Source of the DNA: Actinomycetota bacterium
Lineage (GTDB): Bacteria; Actinomycetota; Acidimicrobiia; Acidimicrobiales; JACCXE01
DNA: 64,000 nucleotides
Reading direction: 5' to 3'
NCBI GenBank assembly: GCA_041166405.1
Contig: JBEEFV010000031.1
Location: 9,840-73,839, forward strand
Positions 34,314 through 43,620 of this stretch are shown piece after piece; the first letter of the stretch is position 1; each line of letters opens with the position of its first letter. The notes below the pieces were generated by a model. That model saw nothing but the letters and a program-made list of their open reading frames with translations. It ran no database searches and was not told the DNA's origin. Position numbers and translations under genes: made by a program.

Positions 34314-36530
34314 ATGGCGACTGTCGACCGAGTCCTGCCGTGGCGCAAGACCGCCGCGTCGGACACCATCGTCACGCCCGTCGTCGAGGCGTACCGGGAG
34401 CGCCACAGCAAGGGTGACGCGTCGCTGATCCTGCGGGCGTACGACAGCGCGGCCGAAGCGCACCGCGACCAGCTGCGCCAATCCGGCGAGGCGTACATCC
34501 ATCACCCGGTGGCGGTCGCCAGCATCGTCGCCGGCCTCGGTCTCGACGACGTCACGATCGCCGCCGCGCTGCTCCACGACGCCGTCGAAGACACGTCGCT
34601 GACGCTCAACGATGTTGCCGAGCGCTTCGGCACCACGGTGGCGTCGGTCGTCGACGGCGTCACCAAGCTCGACCGCGTCGCCTTCGACTCGAAGGAAGCG
34701 CAGCAGGCAGCGACCATGCGAAAAATGCTGGTGGCGATGGCGAAGGACTGGCGGGTCCTCATCATCAAGCTGGCGGACCGCCTCCACAACATGCGCACCG
34801 TCGCCGCCATGCCGGTATGGAAGCAGCGGCGCACCGCCCAGGAAACGCTCGACATCTACGCGCCGCTGGCGCACCGGCTGGGGATCCAGGAGCTGCGTTG
34901 GCAACTCGAAGACCTGGCGTTCGCGGTGCTGCACCCGAAGCTGTACGCCGAGATCGATCACATGGTCGCGGTGCGCGCCCCCGAACGCGAGGCGTATCTC
35001 TCGAACGTGCTCGACACCGCGCGCGATCACCTCGACCGCTTGGGCGTGGAGGCGGCCGTGACCGGTCGCCCGAAGAACCTGTATTCGATCTACGAGAAGA
35101 TGGTCATCAAGGGCAAGGAGTTCAACGAGATCTACGACCTCGTGGGCATCCGGGTGCTCGTCGAGTCGCAGAAGGACTGCTACGCCGCCATCGGCGCTAT
35201 CCACGCGACATGGGCGCCGCTGCCCGGGCGCGTGAAGGACTACATCGCGACGCCGAAGTTCAACCTCTACCAGTCGCTGCACACGACCGTCGTCGGCCCC
35301 GGCGGCAAGCCGCTGGAAGTGCAGATCCGGACGCACGACATGCACCGCCGCGCCGAGTTCGGGATCGCCGCGCACTGGGGTTACAAGGAGAAGGCGACGC
35401 CGCAGGACATCGCGTGGGTGCAGCGCTTCGTCGACTGGCAGCAGGACACCACCGACCCCGCCGAGTTCCTCGAGACGCTGAAGCTCGACCTCGACACCGA
35501 CGAGGTCTACGTGTTCACGCCGAAGGGCGACATCATGACGCTGCCTGTCGGGTCCGTTCCCGTCGACTTCGCGTACGCCATTCACACCGAGGTCGGGCAC
35601 CGCTGCATCGGGGCGCGCGTCAACGGCCGCCTGGCGCGGCTCGACTCGAAACTGACGTCGGGCGACACCGTCGAAGTGATCACGTCGAAGCTGCCGACGG
35701 CCGGCCCGTCGCGCGACTGGATGGATCAGGTGGCGTCGCCCCGGGCGCGCAACAAGATCCGCCAGTGGTTCAGCCGTGAACGCCGCGACGACGCCATCGA
35801 CAACGGCCGCGACGAGCTGTTCAAGGCGATGCGACGCGAGGGCCTGCCCGTCCAGAAGCTGTCGAACTCGCCCATGCTGCCGACGATCGCCGTCGACATC
35901 GGCCACGCCGACCTCGACGCGTTGTACGCGGCGATTGGCGACAACCACGTGTCGGCGCACTCCGTCGCCCAGCGCATCGCCCGCGAGTTGCGGGGCGGCG
36001 ACCACGAGGAACAACTGCCGACGACCGCGCGGCAGGAGCGGCGCAGCGCACGCAAACAGCACCCGGCGGGCGTGTACGTCGAGGGCCTCGACGACGTGAT
36101 GGTCCGGTTGTCGAAGTGCTGCACGCCCGTGCCGGGCGACGCCATCCTCGGTTTCGTCACGCGTGGTCGTGGCGTGTCCGTACACCGAGTCGACTGCGCC
36201 AACGCGGCGTCGCTCACCGCGATGGCCGACTCCGGCGAGTCGCGTCTCATCGAAGTCGAGTGGGACAACGAGAGCCCCGGCGTGTTCATGGTCTCGATCG
36301 AGGTACTGGCGCTCGACCGCACCCGCCTGTTGCTCGACGTCTCCCGCGTCCTGTCGGAGCACCACATCAACATCCTCGGTTCGTCGACCGGAGCCGGCGC
36401 CGACCGCCTCTCGCGCATGCGGTTCGACATCGAACTGGCCGACCCGTCGCACCTCGAGACGTTGCTGTCGGCGATCAAGCGCATCGACTCCGTGTACGAC
36501 GCGTACCGCGCGCTGCCCGGGCGGAACTAG
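34314..36530 (+). CDS. rel: bifunctional (p)ppGpp synthetase/hydrolase Rel (RSH)
   Basis: HD domain (YIHHPVAVA...AALLHDAVEDT), synthetase (NLYSIYEKM, YQSLHTTV, EVQIRTHDMH), TGS (VYVFTPKGD) and a C-terminal ACT-like domain. Confidence 0.95.
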   Translation: MATVDRVLPWRKTAASDTIVTPVVEAYRERHSKGDASLILRAYDSAAEAHRDQLRQSGEAYIHHPVAVASIVAGLGLDDVTIAAALLHDAVEDTSLTLNDVAERFGTTVASVVDGVTKLDRVAFDSKEAQQAATMRKMLVAMAKDWRVLIIKLADRLHNMRTVAAMPVWKQRRTAQETLDIYAPLAHRLGIQELRWQLEDLAFAVLHPKLYAEIDHMVAVRAPEREAYLSNVLDTARDHLDRLGVEAAVTGRPKNLYSIYEKMVIKGKEFNEIYDLVGIRVLVESQKDCYAAIGAIHATWAPLPGRVKDYIATPKFNLYQSLHTTVVGPGGKPLEVQIRTHDMHRRAEFGIAAHWGYKEKATPQDIAWVQRFVDWQQDTTDPAEFLETLKLDLDTDEVYVFTPKGDIMTLPVGSVPVDFAYAIHTEVGHRCIGARVNGRLARLDSKLTSGDTVEVITSKLPTAGPSRDWMDQVASPRARNKIRQWFSRERRDDAIDNGRDELFKAMRREGLPVQKLSNSPMLPTIAVDIGHADLDALYAAIGDNHVSAHSVAQRIARELRGGDHEEQLPTTARQERRSARKQHPAGVYVEGLDDVMVRLSKCCTPVPGDAILGFVTRGRGVSVHRVDCANAASLTAMADSGESRLIEVEWDNESPGVFMVSIEVLALDRTRLLLDVSRVLSEHHINILGSSTGAGADRLSRMRFDIELADPSHLETLLSAIKRIDSVYDAYRALPGRN

Positions 36531-36565
36531 CCACGCCGTCGGGCCGCTGGGTCGTCGCACGACCC

Positions 36566-37801
36566 GTGCTGCAGTTCGCGCTGATAGGCGCAGTGGCGGT
36601 GGCGATCGTGGCCTTGGCGACCTCGACGGCGAGTCGGCGCGTCGGCCAGCGCGAAGCGATCAGTGAAGCGCGCACGACGACGATCCTGCGCGCCCAAGGT
36701 TTGGTCGAGCCCGTGCTGCGTGACGAGATCGCGGCGCGCGATCCATCGGCGATCGCCGCGGTGCGCGACGTCGTCGACCAGCGGGTGATCGACCACGCGC
36801 TGGTCGTGGTCAAGGTGTGGGACGCCAAAGGCACGGTGCTGTTCGCCACCGACCCGCGACTCGAGGGCCAACACTTCACGCTCGCCGAGGACGACCTCGA
36901 CGCGTTGCGGAACGGCACGATCCAAGCGGAGGTATCGGACCTCCACGCACCTGAGAATCGCTACGACCGCCGCTTCGGCAAGTTGCTCGAGGTGTACCTG
37001 CCGGTCCGGACGCCCAACGGCACGCGGCTGTTGTTCGAGGCGTATTTCCGTTACGACGCCGTTGCCGCGTCGGGCAATCGCATCTGGCGGAGCTTTGCGC
37101 CGATCTCGATCGGGGCGTTGCTGGTGCTCGAACTGCTCCAGATCCCGCTGGCGTGGTCGCTGGCGCTGCGCCTGCGGCAGCGTCAGCGTGAGCGCGAGTC
37201 GTTGCTGCGCCGGGCCCTCGAGGCGTCCGACGTCGAGCGGCGCCGCATCGCCGCCGACCTGCACGACGGCGTCGTCCAGGACCTCGCCGGCGTCGCATTC
37301 AGCCTCGCCGCCGCGTCCCACGAAGAAGCGGCGGCGTCGGTGCGGGCGACCATCACGTCGCTGCGCGCCGCGTTGACCGACATCTATCCGCCAGACGTCT
37401 CGGGGCACGGACTGCGCGACGCCATCGGCGAGTTGGCGGCCGACGCCGGTACCGCCGGCCTCGACGTGCGCGTCGACATCCAGGCGCTGACGTCATCGCT
37501 GACCGACAGCGTGGGCGCGCTGCTGTTTCGGGTAGTGCGAGAAGCGTTGCGCAACGTCATCACCCACGCCCGAGCCACGCACGCCACCGTGCGCGCTGGG
37601 GAAGGACGCGGCTGCGCGTGGGTCGAGATCGCCGATGACGGCGTCGGGTTCGATCGCGCGGTGCTCGGCGAGCGCGCCGCCGAGGGACACATCGGCCTCA
37701 AAGGGCTCGAAGGTGTGCTGCACGACGCCGGCGGCACGATGACGATCGACACGGAACCGGGCCGGGGCACAAAGATCCGCGCCGAGGTGAAGCTCCAGTG
37801 A
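36566..37801 (+). CDS. sensor histidine kinase (HisKA_3 / NarL-partner type) with an extracytoplasmic domain between two TM helices
   Basis: H-box DVERRRIAADLHDGVVQDL; HATPase motifs REALRNVITHA and DDGVGF; N-terminal TM LQFALIGAVAVAIVALA. The start is set at GTG 36566. Confidence 0.8.
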   Translation: MLQFALIGAVAVAIVALATSTASRRVGQREAISEARTTTILRAQGLVEPVLRDEIAARDPSAIAAVRDVVDQRVIDHALVVVKVWDAKGTVLFATDPRLEGQHFTLAEDDLDALRNGTIQAEVSDLHAPENRYDRRFGKLLEVYLPVRTPNGTRLLFEAYFRYDAVAASGNRIWRSFAPISIGALLVLELLQIPLAWSLALRLRQRQRERESLLRRALEASDVERRRIAADLHDGVVQDLAGVAFSLAAASHEEAAASVRATITSLRAALTDIYPPDVSGHGLRDAIGELAADAGTAGLDVRVDIQALTSSLTDSVGALLFRVVREALRNVITHARATHATVRAGEGRGCAWVEIADDGVGFDRAVLGERAAEGHIGLKGLEGVLHDAGGTMTIDTEPGRGTKIRAEVKLQ

Positions 37802-38415
37802 TCCGCGTCCTCGTCGCCGACGATCACGCCGTCGTGCGCGACGGTTTGCGCGCGCTGCTGTCGAACGCGGAGGGCATCGAGGTGGTGGCCACGGCGGCGG
37901 ACGGCGAGGAAGCGGTTGCGCTCGCGGGGTCGTCACACGCCGACGTCGTGGTGATGGACCTGTCGATGCCGAACGTTGACGGCGTCGAAGCGACGCGCCG
38001 GCTCGTGGCGCAGGATCCGAACGCGCGGGTCGTGGTGCTCACGACTTTCGCCGACCAGTCGAAAATCCTCGACGCCCTCAACGCCGGCGCGGCGGGTTAC
38101 CTGTTGAAGGACGCGTCACCCGACGAGATCGTGCAGGCGATTCGTTCGGTGGTCACCGGCGGCGCACCGCTCGACCCGAAGGCGGCGCGGGTGTTGCTCG
38201 ACGCGCGCAACGCGGCAGCTCCCGCTCGCGAGCTGAGCGCTCGCGAGCGGGAGGTGCTGGAACTGCTGGCGACGGGGCTGGCGAACAAGCAGATCGCCCG
38301 CCAACTCGGAATCTCCGACGGCACGGTCAAGGCGCACCTGACTCGGATCTTCCAACAGCTCGGGGTGACCGACCGCACCCAAGCGGCGCTGTGGGCCCGG
38401 GAGAACCTGCACTGA
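37798..38415 (+). CDS. NarL/LuxR-family response regulator
   Basis: IRVLVADDHAVVRDGL, VVVMDLSMPNVDG, LuxR HTH LSAREREVLELLATGLANKQIARQLGISDGTVKAHL. Confidence 0.9.
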   Translation: MIRVLVADDHAVVRDGLRALLSNAEGIEVVATAADGEEAVALAGSSHADVVVMDLSMPNVDGVEATRRLVAQDPNARVVVLTTFADQSKILDALNAGAAGYLLKDASPDEIVQAIRSVVTGGAPLDPKAARVLLDARNAAAPARELSAREREVLELLATGLANKQIARQLGISDGTVKAHLTRIFQQLGVTDRTQAALWARENLH

Positions 38416-38416
38416 C

Positions 38417-38917
38417 CTAGCCGTCACCGCCGTGGTGACCGGAGTCGTCCGACCCGCTGCCCGAGTTCGACGACCCACTGCCGGAGTTCGGCGATCCACT
38501 GCCGGAGTTGGTTCCGCTGCCGGAGTTCGTTCCGCCACCGTGATCGTCGCCGACGTCTTGCGTCGGACCGTCGTCGGTGACGGCGGTCGTCCCGCCGCGG
38601 TCGTCGCCCACGTCGTGACCGACTGCCGTGGTGGCGGGCGGCGTCGGCGCGGTCGTGACGACGGTGTCGTCCTGGCCGCGGTCGTCGCCGGGTTCGGTCT
38701 CGCGACCGCGCCGCTCGGTTGTGACGGCGCTTGTGACGGCGTCGTCGGTCGCGTCCGTCGCATCATCGGCACGCGTCCGACTGTCGATGGGCACGACGCG
38801 TTCGGGAGCCGGATTGACGGCTACCGCGTGCGCCGCGGCGTAGGCGACCACGCCGAGCGCCGGGAGAGAGAGGATCCCGACGCCCACGGCGAGGAGTCGC
38901 TTGGGAAAGGTGGCCAC
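38417..38917 (-). CDS. secreted acidic low-complexity protein with GDD(R/H)GG motifs and a (NSGSGS)n tail
   Basis: Signal/anchor KRLLAVGVGILSLPALGVVAYAAAHA, then GDDRGQDD, GDDRGG, GDDHGGG, NSGSGTNSGSGSPNSGSGSSNSGSGSDDSGHHGGDG. No family recognised. Confidence 0.5.
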   Translation of the reverse strand: MATFPKRLLAVGVGILSLPALGVVAYAAAHAVAVNPAPERVVPIDSRTRADDATDATDDAVTSAVTTERRGRETEPGDDRGQDDTVVTTAPTPPATTAVGHDVGDDRGGTTAVTDDGPTQDVGDDHGGGTNSGSGTNSGSGSPNSGSGSSNSGSGSDDSGHHGGDG

Positions 38918-38920
38918 CCG

Positions 38921-39106
38921 CTACCGGTGGTTGAGGCCGTCGTCGGCGCCGCCACGCTGATGGTTCGCACCGTCGTCGGCTCGGTGGCCGTGGCGGACGT
39001 GACCGGCGGGGTCGTCGGCGCCCTGGCGTGCGGAGGCGACGCCGGCAGTGCTGACGATGGTTGCCATGCCGATGAGAGCGGCGACTGCAATCTTGCGGAG
39101 TTTCAT
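38921..39106 (-). CDS. small secreted protein (61 aa) with three ADD...H.R repeats
   Basis: MKLRKIAVAALIGMATIVSTAGVASA signal peptide. The mature part is RQGADDPAGHVRHGHRADDGANHQRGGADDGLNHR. Confidence 0.5.
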   Translation of the reverse strand: MKLRKIAVAALIGMATIVSTAGVASARQGADDPAGHVRHGHRADDGANHQRGGADDGLNHR

Positions 39107-39190
39107 GTTGTTGGGTCCTTATCTGTTGGGGGGACAAGGACACAGTGCGGGAGCCGGAGTACGACCCTCAATTGGCCGATGGTCGTACGA

Positions 39191-40570
39191 CTACGTCACC
39201 GAGATGCGGTGCGCGGTTACCGGTGCGCCGAATCCTTTGAGGGTCAGCTCGACCGGGGAGGTATCGACGCGGTTCCGCACGGCGTTGTGGGCGCGGCCGT
39301 CGAGTAGCACCTCGCCGTCGCCGGCTTCGTCACACAAACGCGACGCGAGATTCACGACCGACCCAATCGGCGTGTAGTCGGTGCGCGCTTCGAATCCGAT
39401 CGTGCCGAGCGTGGCGTAGCCGTAGGCGATGCCGGCGCCGTAGCCGATGTCAAAGCCGCGGTCGCGCCACCGGTCCTTCAACAAAGCCATCGGATCGCGC
39501 AGCGAGAGGGCCATGTCGAGAGCGCGCCCTGCGGGATCTTCGCAGGGAACGGGGTCGTTGAAGTACGCCATCACACCGTCGCCCGCGAAGCCGCCGACGG
39601 TCGCGTCGAGACGCTTCACCACTTCGCCGACCGCCGCGTAAAACTCGCTGAGCACCTCGACCACGTCTTCGGGTTCGGCCACGGCCGAGAACGCCGTGAA
39701 GCCGCGCAGGTCGAGAAAGATCACGGCGATCTGCCGGCGATGCGTGGCCAACACGTCATCGCCGCCACGCGACAACACGGTGTCGGCGATCTGCGGCGAT
39801 AGGAACCGACGCAGCTTGCCTAGGCGCTCGATCTCCTCGACCTGTTCGGTGACCCTGGCCTCAAGCTGCGTGCGCGCGGCGCCGACTTCTTCGTGGAGCG
39901 CGCGCTCGCTCGCGGCCAGCGCACCGAGATGACGCACGAACCACTCGACTGTCCACGTCGCTCCCGCGGTGAACGCCGAGACGAACAAGACGCGCATCAG
40001 CGGACGTGGGTGGCCAGGCTCGACCGTGACCACGCCTGCAAATATCGCGACCATCGTGGCGGTGAGGATGGCGGCGGCCCGTCGTGGGAACCACACGAAA
40101 ACCGCTGCTCCGATCGTCGGAATCGAAACAGCTGACTCCGCGACCGACGGCCCCGCAGCCCAAATGCCGAGGCCGACCAATGGCAGGAACACGAGCACCA
40201 CCCAGCTCCATCGCCACACCGGCCATTGCACCTGCGCGAGTGAGATGACGGTGGCGACGATGAGTGCGGCCAAAAAGACGCCCGCCAGGATGCCGGTGCG
40301 GAAGTGAGCGATCGGAGCGCCCGGCAGCGCGAGCGCGAGTAACCCTCCGATCACCATCGTGAGGAGGCCGCGGATGGCGGCGTAGCGCAGCTGGTCCGAA
40401 TAATTCTCCGTCCCGAAGAGCAACTCGAGCGGAGCGGGGTCGTTGCCGAAAAGCACCCGCGTCAGCCGCGACCGTGGGCGCCACCGCGCAACTCCGTCGG
40501 TCGTCCCCACTCCGAAAGTCTGACTTCTCCAAGAGCGGGGTGTCTGTGACCTTCGCCCTAGGCTGCTCAT
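39191..40570 (-). CDS. membrane-bound class III adenylate/guanylate cyclase (multi-TM N-terminus + cyclase domain)
   Basis: IAVIFLDLRGFTAFS, GDGVMAYFNDP, GIAYGYATLGTIG, YTPIGSVVNLASRLCDEA; about 6 hydrophobic helices lie upstream. The start is uncertain: ATG 40570 is only 5 bp from the divergent hisS ATG. Confidence 0.8.
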   Translation of the reverse strand: MSSLGRRSQTPRSWRSQTFGVGTTDGVARWRPRSRLTRVLFGNDPAPLELLFGTENYSDQLRYAAIRGLLTMVIGGLLALALPGAPIAHFRTGILAGVFLAALIVATVISLAQVQWPVWRWSWVVLVFLPLVGLGIWAAGPSVAESAVSIPTIGAAVFVWFPRRAAAILTATMVAIFAGVVTVEPGHPRPLMRVLFVSAFTAGATWTVEWFVRHLGALAASERALHEEVGAARTQLEARVTEQVEEIERLGKLRRFLSPQIADTVLSRGGDDVLATHRRQIAVIFLDLRGFTAFSAVAEPEDVVEVLSEFYAAVGEVVKRLDATVGGFAGDGVMAYFNDPVPCEDPAGRALDMALSLRDPMALLKDRWRDRGFDIGYGAGIAYGYATLGTIGFEARTDYTPIGSVVNLASRLCDEAGDGEVLLDGRAHNAVRNRVDTSPVELTLKGFGAPVTAHRISVT

Positions 40571-40575
40571 CTCCC

Positions 40576-41823
40576 ATGGCGCCCAAGTTCACCGCTCCGA
40601 AGGGCACGTTCGACGTGCTCGGGCCCGAATCGGCCCGTTACGAGGCGCTCGTCGCGCTGTTCGCGCAGCTCGCGCATCGCTACGGGTTCGAGTTGATCGT
40701 GCAGCCGATGTTCGAAGACGTCGGCGTGTTCCAACGGCTCGGCGGTTCGACCGACGTCGTCCGCAAGGAGATGTACGACTTCGAGGACAAAGGCGGCCGC
40801 CACATCGCGCTGCGCCCCGAGGGCACGGCACAAGCGGCGCGCGCCTTTCTGGAGCACCACCCGACGCCGCCGTGGAAGGTCTGGTACGTCGGGCCGAAGT
40901 TCCGGTACGACCGGCCGCAAAAGGGCCGCTACCGCCAGCATCACGAGGTCGGCGTCGAGGCGATCGGTACCAATGACGCCGACGTCGACGTCGAGGTCAT
41001 CTCGCTGGCGACCGACTTCTACGCGGCGCTGGGCGTGACTCGGCTGAAGCTGCGCCTGACGTCGCTGGGCGACAACGTGTGCCGTCCCGCGTACCGCGCG
41101 GAACTCGAGGCGTTCCTGACCGAACGTCGGGACCAGCTGTGCGGCGAGCACCGTGATCGCATCAGCGAGAACCCGATGCGCATCCTCGACTGCAAACGCG
41201 CCGAGTGCGTCGCCGCGACCAAAGACGCGCCGCACATGATCGACCGGCTGTGCGAGCCGTGCACCGTGCACTTCGCGCGCGTGCGCGCTGGACTCGACGC
41301 CGCCGGCATCGCCTACGTGATCGACCCGTCGCTGGTGCGCGGTCTCGACTACTACACGCGCACGACGTTCGAGTTCGAAGCCGCGGCGTTGGAGTCGGCG
41401 CAGAACGCCGCGGGTGGCGGCGGGCGGTACGACGGACTGATCGAACAGCTCGGTGGCGCGCCGACGCCAGGGATCGGCTTCGGCCTCGGGATCGAACGCA
41501 TCCTCATCGCCTGCGACGCCGAAGGCGTGTTTCCCGCGCCGGCGGACCGACTCGACGCGTTCGTCGTCGACACCACGGGCGGCGACGCCGCGCGTGACGT
41601 CGCCCGCGAGCTGCGCGTGGCGGGCGTGCGCGTCGACCGCGCCTTCGACAATCGTTCGTTCAAGTCGCAAATGACGGCGGCGCTGCGGTCCGGCGCCCGC
41701 TTCGCCGTCGTGATCGAGGACGCGGGCATCACCGTGCGCACGCTGGCCGAGAAGGGCGAGCCCGTCGCCGTTGACCGTGCGAACCTGGTAACGACCCTCA
41801 CCGAAAGGCTTTCAATCAAGTGA
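40576..41823 (+). CDS. hisS: histidine--tRNA ligase
   Basis: PKGTFDVLG, YGFELIVQPMFE, FRYDRPQKGRYRQHHEVGVE, GGGRYDGL. Confidence 0.95.
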   Translation: MAPKFTAPKGTFDVLGPESARYEALVALFAQLAHRYGFELIVQPMFEDVGVFQRLGGSTDVVRKEMYDFEDKGGRHIALRPEGTAQAARAFLEHHPTPPWKVWYVGPKFRYDRPQKGRYRQHHEVGVEAIGTNDADVDVEVISLATDFYAALGVTRLKLRLTSLGDNVCRPAYRAELEAFLTERRDQLCGEHRDRISENPMRILDCKRAECVAATKDAPHMIDRLCEPCTVHFARVRAGLDAAGIAYVIDPSLVRGLDYYTRTTFEFEAAALESAQNAAGGGGRYDGLIEQLGGAPTPGIGFGLGIERILIACDAEGVFPAPADRLDAFVVDTTGGDAARDVARELRVAGVRVDRAFDNRSFKSQMTAALRSGARFAVVIEDAGITVRTLAEKGEPVAVDRANLVTTLTERLSIK

Positions 41824-43541
41824 CCCTCCGCACCGATTATTCGGGAGCGCTGCGCTCCAGCGACATCGGACGGACCGTCACGGTCTGCGGCTGGGTGGCG
41901 CGCCGGCGTGAGCACGGCGAGCACCTGGCGTTCGTCGACGTGCGCGACCACACCGGCGTGATCCAGTGCGTCGTCGACGGCGCCCACGACTTGCGCAACG
42001 AATACGTCGTGGCTGTCACCGGGACCGTCCGGGCGCGTCCGGAGGGCACCGTCAACGGCAACCTCCCGACGGGCGAAGTCGAGGTCGGCGACTGCACGGT
42101 CGAGGTGTTGAACACCGCGGAGCCGCCGCCGTTCCCGCTCGACGGTCGCGTCGAGTCCGACGAGAGCATCCGCCTGCGTTATCGCTACGTCGACCTGCGC
42201 ACCGAACGCATGCAGAAGAACCTGCGCGTGCGCGCCGCGGTCAACAGCGCGGTGCGCCGCGCCATGGAGGACCAGGACTTCCTCGAAATCGAGACCCCGA
42301 TGCTGATCGCGTCGACGCCGGAAGGGGCACGCGACTTCGTCGTGCCGTCGCGGCTCCAGCCGGGATCGTTCTACGTGTTGCCGCAGAGCCCGCAGCTGTT
42401 CAAGCAGCTGTCGATGGTCGGCGGCTGTGACAAGTACTTCCAGATCGCGCGCTGCTTGCGCGACGAAGACCTGCGCGCTGACCGGCAGTTCGAGTTCTTC
42501 CAACTCGACCTCGAGATCAGCTTTGCTTCGCAACAGGACGTGCTCGACGCCACGTCGGTCGCGGTCGCGGCGGCCGTCAAAGCCGTCACGGGCAACGACA
42601 TAGGGCCCATCGAGACCATGACGTGGCTCGACGCGATGGAGCGGTACGGCTCCGACAAGCCGGACCTGCGGTTCGGCATGGAGCTGGTGGAGCTCACCGA
42701 CGTCTTCGCGGCGACGGAGTTCAACGCCTTCAAGGCGCCGTGCGTCAAGGGCATGAAGGTCGACGGCGGCGCGCAGTTCACGCGCAACAAGCTCGACGAT
42801 CTCACTGACATGGCGAAGCGCTACGGCGCCAAGGGCCTCGTGTGGATGCGCGTCACCGACGACGGCCTCGACTCGCCGGTCGCCAAGTTCCTGAGTGAGT
42901 CAGAGATCAGCGCGCTGCGCGCCGAAATGAAGGCGACCACCGGTGACCTGCTGCTGCTCGTCGCCGACGAGCGACCGAAGGTGCGCCACGTCCTCGGCCT
43001 GCTGCGCGTCGAGCTGGGACGGCCGCCGGTGACCGAAGGTGGCCTGCTCTTCACGTGGATCGTCGACTTCCCGCTGTTCGAAGGCCTCGACGACGACGGC
43101 CGCCCCGTTGCGGCGCACCACCTGTTCACCATGCCGAACCTCGACGACCTCGAGCGGTTGTCGAGCGATCCGCTCTCGGTGCGCGCCCAGTCCTACGACT
43201 TGGTGCTGAACGGCTGGGAGCTCGGCTCCGGCAGCGTGCGAATCCACCGGCCCGACATCCAGCAGCAGGTGTTCGACTGCGTCGGGATCGATGCCGAGGA
43301 CGCGCAGCGCCGCTTCGGGTTCCTGCTCGACGCGTTCAAGTACGGAGCGCCGCCGCACGCCGGCTTCGCCTTCGGTCTCGACCGCCTCGTCGCCATCCTC
43401 GCGGGCGAGGAGAACATCCGCGAGGTCATTGCGTTCCCGAAGACGCAGTCGGGCCTCGACCTGCTGACGGGAGCGCCCACGCCGATCGACGACGCGCAGC
43501 TCAAAGAGCTGCACATCCGCCACCTCCCGCCGCCGAAATAA
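41820..43541 (+). CDS. aspS: aspartate--tRNA ligase
   Basis: LRYRYVDLR, FLEIETPML, FQIARCLRDEDLRADRQFEFFQLD, GSGSVRIH, GAPPHAGFAFGLDR. Confidence 0.95.
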   Translation: MTLRTDYSGALRSSDIGRTVTVCGWVARRREHGEHLAFVDVRDHTGVIQCVVDGAHDLRNEYVVAVTGTVRARPEGTVNGNLPTGEVEVGDCTVEVLNTAEPPPFPLDGRVESDESIRLRYRYVDLRTERMQKNLRVRAAVNSAVRRAMEDQDFLEIETPMLIASTPEGARDFVVPSRLQPGSFYVLPQSPQLFKQLSMVGGCDKYFQIARCLRDEDLRADRQFEFFQLDLEISFASQQDVLDATSVAVAAAVKAVTGNDIGPIETMTWLDAMERYGSDKPDLRFGMELVELTDVFAATEFNAFKAPCVKGMKVDGGAQFTRNKLDDLTDMAKRYGAKGLVWMRVTDDGLDSPVAKFLSESEISALRAEMKATTGDLLLLVADERPKVRHVLGLLRVELGRPPVTEGGLLFTWIVDFPLFEGLDDDGRPVAAHHLFTMPNLDDLERLSSDPLSVRAQSYDLVLNGWELGSGSVRIHRPDIQQQVFDCVGIDAEDAQRRFGFLLDAFKYGAPPHAGFAFGLDRLVAILAGEENIREVIAFPKTQSGLDLLTGAPTPIDDAQLKELHIRHLPPPK

Positions 43542-43620
43542 GAACCGCTCCGACCCGCCGCTTCGAATCCTCCGACCTCCGACTGATGTTCTGGGGGAGC
43601 CGGCAGCTGACACTCGCAGC

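Noticed and set aside
34296-36560. A 754-aa reverse-strand ORF opposite rel. The same situation applies to 49172..51103 (opposite alaS), 41352..42533 (opposite hisS/aspS), 43975..45072, 46681..47997 and 5320..6612.
   Set aside because: These are all shadow frames of strongly supported conserved genes on the other strand. None shows motifs or a plausible domain organisation.
38453-38537. An 18-nt tandem DNA repeat that at first glance might suggest a short repeat array.
   Set aside because: There are no unique spacers. The repeats are contiguous, in frame, and encode the (NSGSGS)n tail of the secreted protein at 38417-38917. It is a coding tandem repeat, not a CRISPR array.
43562-43583. TTCGAATCC, a tRNA T-loop-like motif downstream of aspS. 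It could be a tRNA gene or an att-site remnant marking the P450/regulator islet.
   Set aside because: The five bases upstream (GCCGC) cannot pair with the five downstream (CCTCC). No acceptor or anticodon arms can be drawn, and no matching direct repeat is visible at the other end of the islet near 48076-48121.
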